Assembly: GCF_000757865.1 (NCBI RefSeq) | Contig: NZ_CP007754.1 | Location: 1,260,001-1,292,000 of the forward strand | Source: Prochlorococcus sp. MIT 0801 | Lineage (GTDB): Bacteria > Cyanobacteriota > Cyanobacteriia > PCC-6307 > Cyanobiaceae | Direction of reading: 5' to 3' | DNA: 32,000 nucleotides | In this document: piece after piece, positions 19,262 through 28,475 of the stretch | Position numbering within the stretch: position 1 is the first letter of the stretch | How the letters are laid out: each line of letters begins with the position of its first letter | Notes under the pieces: model-generated | What the model was told of the DNA's origin: nothing | What the model saw: the letters and a program-made list of their open reading frames with translations, nothing else | Databases searched by the model: none | Made by a program: the position numbers and the translations under genes

Positions 19262-20827
19262 ATGACTAAAGGCAATCTCGCCATAGTCCTGCATGCCCAT
19301 CTACCTTACGTAAGAGCAGAAGAACCTGGTTCATTAGAGGAGGACTGGTTCTTTCAAGCTTTAGCGGAATGTTATTTACCACTTTTAGAAACACTTGAAA
19401 ATGCCTCTAGATCAAAAGATCAGGCACCTAAGATAACAATAGGATTATCTCCTACATTACTTTCGCTTTTGGGAGATGAAGTACTGAAAAATCGATTTGA
19501 AGAATGGGTAACTATAAGATTAGAAGTTCTCAATACATTAGAAACAGACTGCATAAAAGCAGTTCTTCATCTCAAAGACCACTTAAAACGCCAACTAGAA
19601 AGCTGGAAGAGTTGTAAAGGAGATCTAATAGGAAGATTTAAAAAACTACAAATATCAGACGTGGTTGATATTCTCACTTGTGCAGCTACACATGGATATC
19701 TACCTCTTTTAAGAGAAAATCCTGAAGCAGTAAGGGCTCAATTAAAAACAGCAGTAACTGAACATAAGCGTCTTTTTATGACCGCTCCATTTGGTATTTG
19801 GTTACCTGAATGTGCATATTATGAAGGCTTAGATGAAATAATGGCTGAATCAGGATTGAGATATGCAGTTCTTGATGGTCATGGCTTATTGAATGCAGAT
19901 CCAAGGCCAAGATATGGTCTGTATGCTCCAATTTGCACAAGAAAAGGAGTAGCTTTTTTTGGTAGAGATAGTGAATCAACTCTTCCAGTCTGGTCAGCAA
20001 GAGATGGCTACCCAGGCAATCCAAATTACAGGGAATTTCATAGGGACCTGGGCTGGGATTTATCAATAGAAAACCTAAAAAAGATAGGAATCAAGGATAA
20101 AAGACCCTTAGGGATCAAATTATTTAAAATTACATCTCAAAATACATCTTTAGAAAATAAACAAAAATATGACCCAGAAGCTGCAAATGTAAGTGTTGAA
20201 AAAGATGCAGATAATTATTTAAAGGAAAGAAAGAAACAACTTATAAAACTTGAAAAATCAATTCAAATAGAGCCATTATTAATCGCTCCTTTTGATGCAG
20301 AACTTTTTGGTCATTGGTGGTTTGAGGGGCCGAAATTCCTATCCCATTTATTTATCAAATCCAAAAAAGAAGGTATTAAATTAATTACTTTAAAGGAGTC
20401 TCTTCAATCGACACCCAAAATCCAATTATGCAATCCTTCTCCATCTAGTTGGGGACAAGGTGGTTTTCATAATTATTGGTTAAACAAATCAAATGCATGG
20501 ATTGTTAATGAATGGAGTAAAGCTGGAAGAGCAATGGTAGATATTTGTTCAGAAGGTTTAATAGAAGAATCAAATATCAGAATCATTAATCAAGCTGGAA
20601 GAGAACTTTTACTATGTCAGTCTTCAGACTGGAGCTTCATTCTTAAGGCAGGAACTACTACCGAACTGGCAAGAGAAAGAATAAATTTGCATCTAAAACG
20701 ATTTTGGATGTTATTCAATGCAATAAAAGATAATAAAAATATCAATGAAAAAACTCTTAAGGAAATAGAAAAAGAGGATTGTATATTTCCTTTAATTTCT
20801 CATATTGATTGGAAAAAGAAAAGCTAA
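19262..20827 (+). CDS. Glycoside hydrolase family 57 protein (alpha-glucan branching/processing type)
   Basis: GH57 conserved regions: HAHLPYV near the N-terminus, the nucleophile region GIWLPECAY, and the acid/base region APFDAELFGHWWFEGP. Confidence 0.85.
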   Translation: MTKGNLAIVLHAHLPYVRAEEPGSLEEDWFFQALAECYLPLLETLENASRSKDQAPKITIGLSPTLLSLLGDEVLKNRFEEWVTIRLEVLNTLETDCIKAVLHLKDHLKRQLESWKSCKGDLIGRFKKLQISDVVDILTCAATHGYLPLLRENPEAVRAQLKTAVTEHKRLFMTAPFGIWLPECAYYEGLDEIMAESGLRYAVLDGHGLLNADPRPRYGLYAPICTRKGVAFFGRDSESTLPVWSARDGYPGNPNYREFHRDLGWDLSIENLKKIGIKDKRPLGIKLFKITSQNTSLENKQKYDPEAANVSVEKDADNYLKERKKQLIKLEKSIQIEPLLIAPFDAELFGHWWFEGPKFLSHLFIKSKKEGIKLITLKESLQSTPKIQLCNPSPSSWGQGGFHNYWLNKSNAWIVNEWSKAGRAMVDICSEGLIEESNIRIINQAGRELLLCQSSDWSFILKAGTTTELARERINLHLKRFWMLFNAIKDNKNINEKTLKEIEKEDCIFPLISHIDWKKKS

Positions 20828-20832
20828 ATTTT

Positions 20833-22068
20833 TTATCGCTTGTTTATGAGGAAACCAATCATTCCCAATCTGACTTTGGATGGGGCAATATAAAATAATC
20901 TAAGCATAACAATAAACAGTCTTGGCAAAGGAAGTGTATTAGTTAAATATCCGAACCAATCTTTTTTGGGTAATTTAAAAAAAGTATCAAAAAAAGACCT
21001 TAATAAGGTTTCGTCAAAGCTCATTAGTCTTTGAAGTCCAAACTGATAAAGACGATGTCTTTGAATTAATTCAGATGTCCATAGAGTTTTCCATCCTCTT
21101 CTAGCTATCTGAGATGTAGGCATAAGAGGGTCTTTTTTAATTACTTTTGCTATTTCGCTTGCTAATGAGGGTGCTCTCCTTAAAAGGGATCCAACAAGAT
21201 ATCCCGAAGCAGGATGAACCATGCTGGCCGAGCCTCCAAAGGCCAAAAGAGGTTGATCTCTATAGGGCAATGGCAAGTTCATCGGGAAAAGACAATGTTC
21301 TTCATGGAAGATTTCGTCAATTCGAATACCTTTATTAGAAAGTCGTAAATTTAATCTGGCTTGTAATGATTCAAATGAAATTGGTGGGGCACACGCCAAA
21401 GATGTTTCTTCTACAAAATAACTCCCATCTCCAAGGTCCATAGCATAAAGAAAAGAAGGTGGCTCTTCTAATTCCTTGCCATTTAAATGGTCTGATCTAA
21501 AATCCATCAACACAAAACGATTTTTCTCTACAGGGGGAGAACTAAATTTTCCAACTACCCCATAGGCCGCTTGCTTAGCTATTTGATCATGCTTCGGCCT
21601 CCTGATAAAAGGAGTTTTATGACCACTTGCATCAATTACGAGCCTAGCAACATATTTTTTGCCAGAAGTACAAATAACAACTGTCTCTCTTTCACTAAAA
21701 TCAATATTATTGACTGTTTCTAGTTGCCAAGAAAGTCCATTACATCTCTCAAGAAGAGCCTCCTGAAAATTAATTGAATTAAAGAGGCCGTAATCAAGAT
21801 AATGATTTGTACAATTATTACCCTTTTTACTTAATCCATCTCCAAAAAAACTAACAGTATCATTCCATCTATATTTCAATAATTCTTGCATATTTAAAGA
21901 CTCAAGTTCAGAGGCCCAGATCCCATAGGTATTTGGCCAAGGTTCTAAAGGAGACTTAGAAGCTATTGCCTGAACATCAAGTCCGTGTTGAACCAATTCA
22001 GCAGCGATGCAAAGAGCAGCTGGTCCTGCTCCCAAAACTAATACATCAGCGACATTATTCAATTTCAA
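20833..22068 (-). CDS. crtL: CrtL-type lycopene cyclase (beta versus epsilon specificity not decidable here)
   Basis: N-terminal dinucleotide fold [18 protein letters not shown], the FLYAMD motif, and a size and C-terminus typical of CrtL. Only TTG codons (22068 or 22062) are available upstream of the Rossmann motif. Confidence 0.8.
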   Translation of the reverse strand: MKLNNVADVLVLGAGPAALCIAAELVQHGLDVQAIASKSPLEPWPNTYGIWASELESLNMQELLKYRWNDTVSFFGDGLSKKGNNCTNHYLDYGLFNSINFQEALLERCNGLSWQLETVNNIDFSERETVVICTSGKKYVARLVIDASGHKTPFIRRPKHDQIAKQAAYGVVGKFSSPPVEKNRFVLMDFRSDHLNGKELEEPPSFLYAMDLGDGSYFVEETSLACAPPISFESLQARLNLRLSNKGIRIDEIFHEEHCLFPMNLPLPYRDQPLLAFGGSASMVHPASGYLVGSLLRRAPSLASEIAKVIKKDPLMPTSQIARRGWKTLWTSELIQRHRLYQFGLQRLMSFDETLLRSFFDTFFKLPKKDWFGYLTNTLPLPRLFIVMLRLFYIAPSKVRLGMIGFLINKR

Positions 22069-24686
22069 TTTTTTGACGTTGGATCGGTATTTATTGATTC
22101 CTTAGTTGTGGATGATTCTTTTTCATTATCATCATCATTAATTTGTTCGGGAGGAACTAAAACAACATCCGATAACTTATCGCCATTATCAAGCTTCTGT
22201 ATTCTTACTCCAGTTGCAGCTCTAGATTGTTGTGAGATTTTATCTGCGCTAGTTCTAACAATTACTCCTCTTTCACTGACTAATAATAATTCTTCTCCTT
22301 TGCCTAAAACCCTTAAACCTACAAGTTCATCTCCATCTTTTCTGAATTTTATGGCTCTTAAACCCATTCCTGCTCTTTTTTGCAAGCGAAATTGTGTCAT
22401 AGGAACTCTTTTTCCTAGTCCGCTTCCAGAAGCAACAAGTACCCAAGGACCTTCAGATTCAGAAGATTCATCCTGTAGTTCATCTTCTTCACTTTTATCA
22501 ACGTGATCAGCCAACTCAGTAGACAAAACATCCATACTTACAAGGGAATCTCCAGACTTAAGATTCATTGACTTAACTCCTCTTGCTGATCTGCCTAAAG
22601 GGCGTAATTCAGAGTCATTTAATCTAAAATGAATTGTCATTCCATTTTTGGAACCAATCAAAACACTATCTCCAGACTCAGCTAGTCGAACCCAAGTCAA
22701 AGCATCACCATCCTCTAAACCTATTGCAATTAGTCCATTTGCTCTGATCTTGCTGAAAGCTGAAAGAGGTGTTCTTTTTATATACCCCCCCCTAGTAAGC
22801 ATCAATAAGTAGTTTTCATCATCAAATGAGCTCACAGAAAGCAATGAAGTAATAGCTTCTTCCCGTGGAATTGGAAGTAATTGAACAATAGGAGTACCTT
22901 TTGCAGATCTACTACATTGAGGAACTCTGTAAGCAGGTAGAGCATAGGAAATGCCTCTATCACTAAAAAGGAGGAGGCTGTCATGGTCATTACAACTAAT
23001 AAATTTTTTCACCTCTTCCTCTCCTTGGCTTCGGGTTCCTGCTTTACCTCTAGTCCCTCGACTTGTTGCTTCAAATTCATTAACAGGCATCCTCTTTAAA
23101 TATCCTGTCTCGGTCAACAAGACGACTGACCTTTCATTCGCAATTAAATCAATATCTTCAAGGCCTCCACCAAGATCAAGAATCTCTGTTCTTCTTGAGA
23201 TATTATATTTTTCTTTTATTTCATTTAATTCTATTTTTGTTATTTCAAGTACCCTTTCTTTTTTATTCAAAATATCTTTATAATCTATTATTTTTCTAAC
23301 TAAATCCTCATGTTCAAGTCTTATCTTATCTGCCTCTAAAGCGGTCAGCCTTCTTAACTGCATCTGCAAAATAGCATCAGACTGAATATCTGTTAAGCCA
23401 TGCAAATCTTGTAATTTCTGTTTAGCAGTAGCCGAATCTGAAGCTGATCTGATAAGACTTATTATTTCATCCAGCTGATCTAAAGCTAATAATAATCCTA
23501 ATAATATATGATCTCTGCTCTCTGCCTTCTTTAAGAGATATTTAGTTCTTTTTTCAATAGTTTCTACTCTAAAATCTAAAAACACTTGCAACATCTTTCT
23601 AAGTGACAATATAACAGGCTCACCATTAACTAATGCAAGCATATTTGCACTGAAATTAGTCTGTAAAGGAGTAAGTTTAAACAAATTATTTAAAACAACT
23701 TGAGGATAAGAATCTCTTCTTAATTCAACAACAATTCTCATACCATCTCTATCACTTTCATCTCTAATGTCTGCAATACCTTCAAGTTTTTTATCGTTAA
23801 CCATATCAGCGATTCGTTCAATTAATCCTGCTTTATTTGTTTGATACGGAAGTTCAGTAATTACCACTGCGTCTCTATCTGGTCTACCTGGATTTTCAAT
23901 TGTTTCTATTTCAGCGACTCCACGCATGGTGATTGAACCTCTACCAGAAAGATATGTTTCCTTAATTCCACTCCTGCCAAGTATCTGCCCACCAGTAGGA
24001 AAATCTGGACCTTTAATTATATTCATTAACTCTATTTCTTCTAACTCAGGATTAGAAATTAAAGCCATCAATCCATCAATCAATTCGACCAAATTATGTG
24101 GAGGTATGTTGGTCGCCATACCTACAGCTATTCCTGACGATCCATTTAATAACAATTGTGGAATTCTTGCCGGCAATACTGTTGGTTCCTGTACAGATCC
24201 ATCAAAGTTATCGGCGAAATCAACTGTTTCAGATTCAATATCTTCAAGCAAGCTATCAGTGGTTAAAGATTGTAATCTGGATTCTGTATATCTCATTGCG
24301 GCAGGAGGATCATTATCCACAGATCCAAAATTCCCATGCCCATCAATTAAAGGCATCTGCATGGAAAAATCTTGCGCCATTCGGACTAAGGCGTCATAAA
24401 CGGCTGTATCACCATGAGGATGGAATTTACCTAAAACTTCTCCAACCACACGTGCGCATTTCCTGTAAGGCCTATCGCTAGTTAGGCCAAGTTCATACAT
24501 CGCATAGAGAATCCTTCTATGAACTGGTTTAAGTCCATCCCTCGAATCAGGTAAAGCTCTCCCAACAATTACACTCATCGCGTATTCCAAGTAGGAACGC
24601 GACATTTCGTTTCTCAAGTCAGTCTGTATGATCCGATCGTCGGATTCCCCAGGACCAGTACTATTAGGTCCCAATGGATCAGCCAT
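22065..24686 (-). CDS. gyrA: DNA gyrase subunit A (GyrA/ParC family)
   Basis: [50 protein letters not shown], the catalytic Tyr in AAMRYTE, and a beta-pinwheel C-terminal domain. The ATG at 24684-24686 (MADPLGPN...) is preferred over the track TTG at 24704. Confidence 0.88.
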   Translation of the reverse strand: MADPLGPNSTGPGESDDRIIQTDLRNEMSRSYLEYAMSVIVGRALPDSRDGLKPVHRRILYAMYELGLTSDRPYRKCARVVGEVLGKFHPHGDTAVYDALVRMAQDFSMQMPLIDGHGNFGSVDNDPPAAMRYTESRLQSLTTDSLLEDIESETVDFADNFDGSVQEPTVLPARIPQLLLNGSSGIAVGMATNIPPHNLVELIDGLMALISNPELEEIELMNIIKGPDFPTGGQILGRSGIKETYLSGRGSITMRGVAEIETIENPGRPDRDAVVITELPYQTNKAGLIERIADMVNDKKLEGIADIRDESDRDGMRIVVELRRDSYPQVVLNNLFKLTPLQTNFSANMLALVNGEPVILSLRKMLQVFLDFRVETIEKRTKYLLKKAESRDHILLGLLLALDQLDEIISLIRSASDSATAKQKLQDLHGLTDIQSDAILQMQLRRLTALEADKIRLEHEDLVRKIIDYKDILNKKERVLEITKIELNEIKEKYNISRRTEILDLGGGLEDIDLIANERSVVLLTETGYLKRMPVNEFEATSRGTRGKAGTRSQGEEEVKKFISCNDHDSLLLFSDRGISYALPAYRVPQCSRSAKGTPIVQLLPIPREEAITSLLSVSSFDDENYLLMLTRGGYIKRTPLSAFSKIRANGLIAIGLEDGDALTWVRLAESGDSVLIGSKNGMTIHFRLNDSELRPLGRSARGVKSMNLKSGDSLVSMDVLSTELADHVDKSEEDELQDESSESEGPWVLVASGSGLGKRVPMTQFRLQKRAGMGLRAIKFRKDGDELVGLRVLGKGEELLLVSERGVIVRTSADKISQQSRAATGVRIQKLDNGDKLSDVVLVPPEQINDDDNEKESSTTKESINTDPTSKN

Positions 24687-24939
24687 ACTTAAAGGTTTTA
24701 CCAATTATAAGAGCATCTGAGCATTAATAAACCTTTTAAAGTGAATAACCATATATCTGAAAGTAAATCACCTCCAACAAAATCAACAATTACATAAAAA
24801 TGATATAAATGCCCATCAAAGCATTTCGAAATCATCTAGTAAATTTGAAAAACAAGCAAAATCTTGATTATCTATTCCCAACATTTGCTCAATTTGGCAC
24901 TTCAGTTGGTAGTTTGACGAGAACTTACAAAATTTAGGT

Positions 24940-26103
24940 GTGAATATTCAACTAGGACGCACCAAAACTGTTCGAAGAGCCTACGGGATTGATGAAATTG
25001 CATTAGTTCCAGGAGGAAGAACAGTTGACCCTGGAATCACAAAAACCAACTGGGAAATTGGTGGAATCAAGAGAGATATTCCAATAATCGCAAGTGCAAT
25101 GGATGGTGTTGTAGATGTAAATATGGCAGTAGGCCTGTCAAAATTAGGAGCCCTAGGTGTTTTAAATCTAGAAGGCGTACAAACAAGATATGAAGATCCA
25201 AAAGAAGTCCTAACAAAAATCCAATCAATCGGGAAAGAGGAATTTGTTCCTCTAATGCAAGAAATTTACAAGAAGCCGATCAAAGAAGAATTAATTTTAA
25301 AAAGAATTAAAGAAATAAAAAATAGTGGGGGTATTGCTGCTGTAAGCGGGACCCCATTAGCCGCTATTAAGTATAAAAATTTAGTCAAAGCTTCAGATGC
25401 AGACTTATTTTTTCTTCAGGCGACTGTAGTTTCAACAGAACATCTGGGTGAAGAGGGTAGTCAAAACCTTGACCTTTATGATCTTTGCAAAAACATTGGT
25501 ATACCCGTTGCTGTAGGTAATTGCGTTACTTATGAAGTCTCTTTAAAGCTTATGAAAGCAGGAGCAGCAGCTGTAATGGTTGGAATTGGCCCTGGAGCCG
25601 CATGCACTTCAAGAGGAGTATTAGGGGTTGGGATCCCTCAAGCAACTGCTATTTCTGATTGTGCTGCTGCAAGGGATGATTTTCAAAAAGAAAGCGGGAA
25701 ATACATTCCAATTATTGCTGATGGTGGAATTATCACTGGTGGGGATATTTGTAAATGCATTGCATGTGGTGCCGACTCAGTGATGATTGGTTCCCCTATC
25801 GCAAGATCTGAGGAAGCTCCTGGTAAAGGTTTTCATTGGGGTATGGCAACTCCAAGTCCTGTTCTACCAAGAGGTACTAGGATTCAAGTTGGAACAACTG
25901 GTTCTTTAAAAAGTATTCTTTGTGGACCGGCAATTCTTGATGACGGAACCCACAATTTATTAGGAGCTATAAAAACCTCAATGGGGACCCTAGGAGCTAG
26001 GAATATCAAGGAAATGCAAAATGTTGAGGTAGTTATTGCACCTTCTTTGTTAACAGAAGGAAAGGTTTACCAAAAAGCACAACAGCTTGGGATGGGAAAA
26101 TAA
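24940..26103 (+). CDS. guaB: IMP dehydrogenase-family protein lacking the CBS (Bateman) insert
   Basis: 387 aa. [11 protein letters not shown]-terminus, catalytic-loop-like [24 protein letters not shown], and VMIGSP. The roughly 120-aa CBS pair of canonical IMPDH is absent. GTG start. Confidence 0.85.
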   Translation: MNIQLGRTKTVRRAYGIDEIALVPGGRTVDPGITKTNWEIGGIKRDIPIIASAMDGVVDVNMAVGLSKLGALGVLNLEGVQTRYEDPKEVLTKIQSIGKEEFVPLMQEIYKKPIKEELILKRIKEIKNSGGIAAVSGTPLAAIKYKNLVKASDADLFFLQATVVSTEHLGEEGSQNLDLYDLCKNIGIPVAVGNCVTYEVSLKLMKAGAAAVMVGIGPGAACTSRGVLGVGIPQATAISDCAAARDDFQKESGKYIPIIADGGIITGGDICKCIACGADSVMIGSPIARSEEAPGKGFHWGMATPSPVLPRGTRIQVGTTGSLKSILCGPAILDDGTHNLLGAIKTSMGTLGARNIKEMQNVEVVIAPSLLTEGKVYQKAQQLGMGK

Positions 26104-26138
26104 AGCTACCGAAAGATTTCACATTTAAAAATAATGAC

Positions 26139-26144
26139 TAGAAT
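26139..26144 (+). promoter_or_regulatory. Candidate -10 hexamer (TAGAAT) for yfr1
   Basis: TAGAAT lies 6 nt upstream of the first base of the Yfr1 5' stem. No clear -35 element. Confidence 0.4.
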
Positions 26145-26150
26145 TGGGTA

Positions 26151-26211
26151 GTGAGAGCCTTTACTCTCACACTCCTCACACTTAAAAATGCCCGACTTGT
26201 TCGGGTTTTTT
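26151..26211 (+). ncRNA. yfr1: Small regulatory RNA Yfr1
   Basis: Stem GTGAGAG (26151-57) / CTCTCAC (26164-70) with loop CCTTTA. Then unpaired ACTCCTCACAC (26171-81), the invariant Yfr1 motif. Then terminator hairpin CCCGA/TCGGG and T6. Located in the guaB/trxA spacer, the position reported for marine picocyanobacteria. Confidence 0.85.
26191..26211 (+). terminator. Rho-independent terminator of yfr1
   Basis: CCCGA-CTTGT-TCGGG hairpin followed by TTTTTT (26206-26211). Confidence 0.7.
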
Positions 26212-26319
26212 CTTTCAAAAGGAAACAAATCAATATTCAAACTTCGTTTAAAAATGGCAGCAAAACTTTTTATAGTCAAAATACAATTGTTATGATCAAG
26301 CTCTAAAGATTTCTAAGGT

Positions 26320-26643
26320 ATGTCAACAGCTTCTGCAGTAACTGATTCCTCTTTCGAACAAGAAGTCCTCCAGAGCGATGTGCCTGTTTTGGTTGATTTC
26401 TGGGCCCCTTGGTGCGGACCATGCAGAATGGTTGCTCCAATTGTTGAAGAGATCTCAAAAGATTTTGAAGGGAAAATAAAAGTTTTTAAATTGAACACCG
26501 ATGAGAATCCTAATGTTGCTAGTCAGTATGGGATCAGAAGCATACCAACTTTGATGATCTTCAAAGGAGGTCAGAAAGTAGATACTGTTGTGGGAGCAGT
26601 CCCAAAAGCCACCCTCTCAGGAACAATTTCCAAACATCTCTAA
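26320..26643 (+). CDS. trxA: Thioredoxin
   Basis: 107 aa, active site FWAPWCGPC, typical TrxA length and flanks. AAGG Shine-Dalgarno-like sequence just upstream. Confidence 0.95.
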   Translation: MSTASAVTDSSFEQEVLQSDVPVLVDFWAPWCGPCRMVAPIVEEISKDFEGKIKVFKLNTDENPNVASQYGIRSIPTLMIFKGGQKVDTVVGAVPKATLSGTISKHL

Positions 26644-26697
26644 ACTCATAATTTAGAATTTTTAGAGCCCAATTCAAATGATTCAAAGGTAAATCTT

Positions 26698-27327
26698 TTG
26701 ACAAAAATTGGATTAATAGATTATGGAATGGGTAATCTTTTTTCCGTTCAACAAGCATTTAAAAGGTTTCATCAGCCTTTAGATATTATTTCTAATATCA
26801 AAACACTCCAGTCTTGTGATGCTTTAATTCTTCCCGGAGTTGGTGCTTATGATCCTGCCATGATGAATTTAAAAAAAACTGAACTAGTACCTTCAATCAT
26901 TGACTGGATAAATAATGGCAAACCACTTATTGGTATTTGTTTAGGATTACAGCTTTTATTTGAGACTAGTGACGAGGGGACTTCAGAAGGATTAGGAGTT
27001 ATCAAGGGTCATATTCGCAGATTACCTCAAGAAAAAGATGAAAGGATTCCTCATATTGGTTGGTCTCCAATATATAAAACAAATGAATGTCCTATTCTAG
27101 AGAATTATCCTGATTCTAATTGGATGTATTTCGTCCATTCCTACTCAGCATGTCCTTTAGAACCAAAAAACACAGTAGCCATAACAAAATTTGGTAAAAC
27201 TGATGTATCATCTATGGTCTGGCATAAAAATACTGGTGCATGTCAGTTTCATCCTGAAAAATCAGGAGTTGCAGGACAAAAACTTATTTTTAATTGGATT
27301 AATTGGTTGAAAAAAAACAAATTTTAG
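26698..27327 (+). CDS. hisH: Imidazole glycerol phosphate synthase, glutamine amidotransferase subunit
   Basis: IGLIDYGMGNL N-terminus, nucleophile Cys in GICLGLQLL, and the catalytic His/Glu in FHPEKS. The TTG start is forced: the conserved N-terminus begins 3 codons later, and there is no in-frame ATG back to the upstream stop at 26641. Confidence 0.92.
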   Translation: MTKIGLIDYGMGNLFSVQQAFKRFHQPLDIISNIKTLQSCDALILPGVGAYDPAMMNLKKTELVPSIIDWINNGKPLIGICLGLQLLFETSDEGTSEGLGVIKGHIRRLPQEKDERIPHIGWSPIYKTNECPILENYPDSNWMYFVHSYSACPLEPKNTVAITKFGKTDVSSMVWHKNTGACQFHPEKSGVAGQKLIFNWINWLKKNKF

Positions 27328-27349
27328 TTTGAAAGGGAAATTGAAACTA

Positions 27350-27961
27350 ATGTCTGGGAAAAGGATAGAAAGTCCTTTAAGCCAAAAGACAAGACCGACC
27401 TCCTCAAAAGTAAGAGAGGCATTAATAAATATTCTTGGGAACAAGCTTAGAGGAGCAAGTTGGCTAGATCTTTGTAGTGGAAGTGGAGCAGTAGCATGTG
27501 AGGCTCTACAAAAAGGAGTAAAGAGGGTTCTTGCAATTGAAAAGCAGAGGGAAACTGCAAAAATATGCAAAAAAAACCTTATCGATGTATCAAATACTAT
27601 GCATCAATCAATACATATTGAAGTCTTATGCAATGAATTGATCTCATTTCTCAAAAAGGGTCCAAAAAATCGAAAAATTCAGTTTGTTAAAGATTGCCAA
27701 AACCCTGAAAAGTTTGATTTTGTTTTTCTTGATCCTCCATACGAATCAGAATTATATGAAATTACTCAAGAACTTTTATTGTCTAAAGAATGGATTAAAG
27801 AATCATCTACTTTGATATGCGAATGCTCGTCAAAATCAATGCCAAGAATACATAATGGGTGGAGATTAAATAAAGAGAAATTTTATGGAAGCACCTCTCT
27901 CATTTTTCTTATTCCCAATCAGGCATTGAACTGCTACGACGATACTGATTCCATGCACTAA
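27350..27961 (+). CDS. rsmD: 16S rRNA (guanine-N2)-methyltransferase RsmD-like
   Basis: [19 protein letters not shown] motif [15 protein letters not shown], catalytic FLDPPY. The ATG at 27350 is preferred over the track TTG at 27329. The last 53 nt overlap petG on the other strand. Confidence 0.8.
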
Positions 27962-28028
27962 CAAAAAGGCCTAATAATGTTATGGGAACTAGTCCAAGAA
28001 CAATCCCACATAGCAGAGGCTCAATCAT
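27909..28028 (-). CDS. petG: Cytochrome b6f complex subunit 5 (PetG), 39 aa
   Basis: Not in the ORF track (too short). Hand translation of the minus strand from the ATG at 28026-28028 gives [39 protein letters not shown], with stop TAA at 27909-27911. The MIEPLL.GIVLGL.P.TL.GLFV.A..QY+R pattern is the PetG signature. Confidence 0.9.
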
Positions 28029-28045
28029 TGGCTCGCATCTTCATG

Positions 28046-28073
28046 ATTACTAAAAACAATTCTTTCATGTCAA
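28046..28073 (-). promoter_or_regulatory. Candidate sigma70-type promoter for petG
   Basis: On the minus strand, TTGACA (28068-28073) is followed after 15-16 nt by TAGTAAT (28046-28052), about 18 nt upstream of the petG ATG. Pattern match only. Confidence 0.3.
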
Positions 28074-28083
28074 AGAGGTTTTA

Positions 28084-28473
28084 GTGAATATTCCGTCATC
28101 AAAAGCATTAATTAAGGAGGGCCAAGAAATCAGCTCTTGGAGAATATTTTTATTATCTACTGTCACTCTCGTACTATTAATTCTTTTTTGGAGAATGGGG
28201 GACTTCAAGCAAGATCCTTTCATAACTGAAACTTTATCTATTCAAGGTGAAGCTTTATCAGGAAGTAAATTATTTAAAATCAATTGTGTCGGATGCCATG
28301 GGATCTCAGCTCAAGGATTTGTAGGGCCCGACCTCCATGAAGTTACTCAAGAGATGAGTGATAAAAAGATTATTAATCAAGTTATTCGAGGATTGACTCC
28401 ACCCATGCCAAGTTTTGAAATCGAGCCTCAATCAATGGCTGATTTATTGGAGTATATGCATTCACTCAATTAA
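28084..28473 (+). CDS. cytM: Membrane-anchored class I c-type cytochrome (cytochrome cM-like)
   Basis: N-terminal hydrophobic anchor (WRIFLLSTVTLVLLILFW), heme-binding CVGCH, and a distal Met candidate in PPMPSF. The size and architecture resemble cyanobacterial CytM. GTG start. Confidence 0.6.
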   Translation: MNIPSSKALIKEGQEISSWRIFLLSTVTLVLLILFWRMGDFKQDPFITETLSIQGEALSGSKLFKINCVGCHGISAQGFVGPDLHEVTQEMSDKKIINQVIRGLTPPMPSFEIEPQSMADLLEYMHSLN

Positions 28474-28475
28474 TT

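Noticed and set aside
9371-21338. Track ORFs 9371-9574(-), 12848-13063(+), 13787-14038(+), 17773-18024(+), 19776-20066(-) and 21147-21338(+).
   Set aside because: Each is embedded antisense or out of frame in cobB, crtE, folD, leuA, the GH57 gene or crtL. These are shadow ORFs.
22108-24481. Four plus-strand track ORFs (132, 110, 157 and 127 aa) inside gyrA.
   Set aside because: They lie antisense to a strongly supported gene and have Ser/Leu/Ile-rich low-complexity translations typical of shadow frames. No motifs recognised.
26188-26295. 35-codon ORF (MPDLFGFFLSKGNK...) starting inside the Yfr1 terminator hairpin.
   Set aside because: Its ATG and first codons are the terminator stem and T-tail of Yfr1. 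There is no ribosome-binding site and the composition is low-complexity. Most likely chance.
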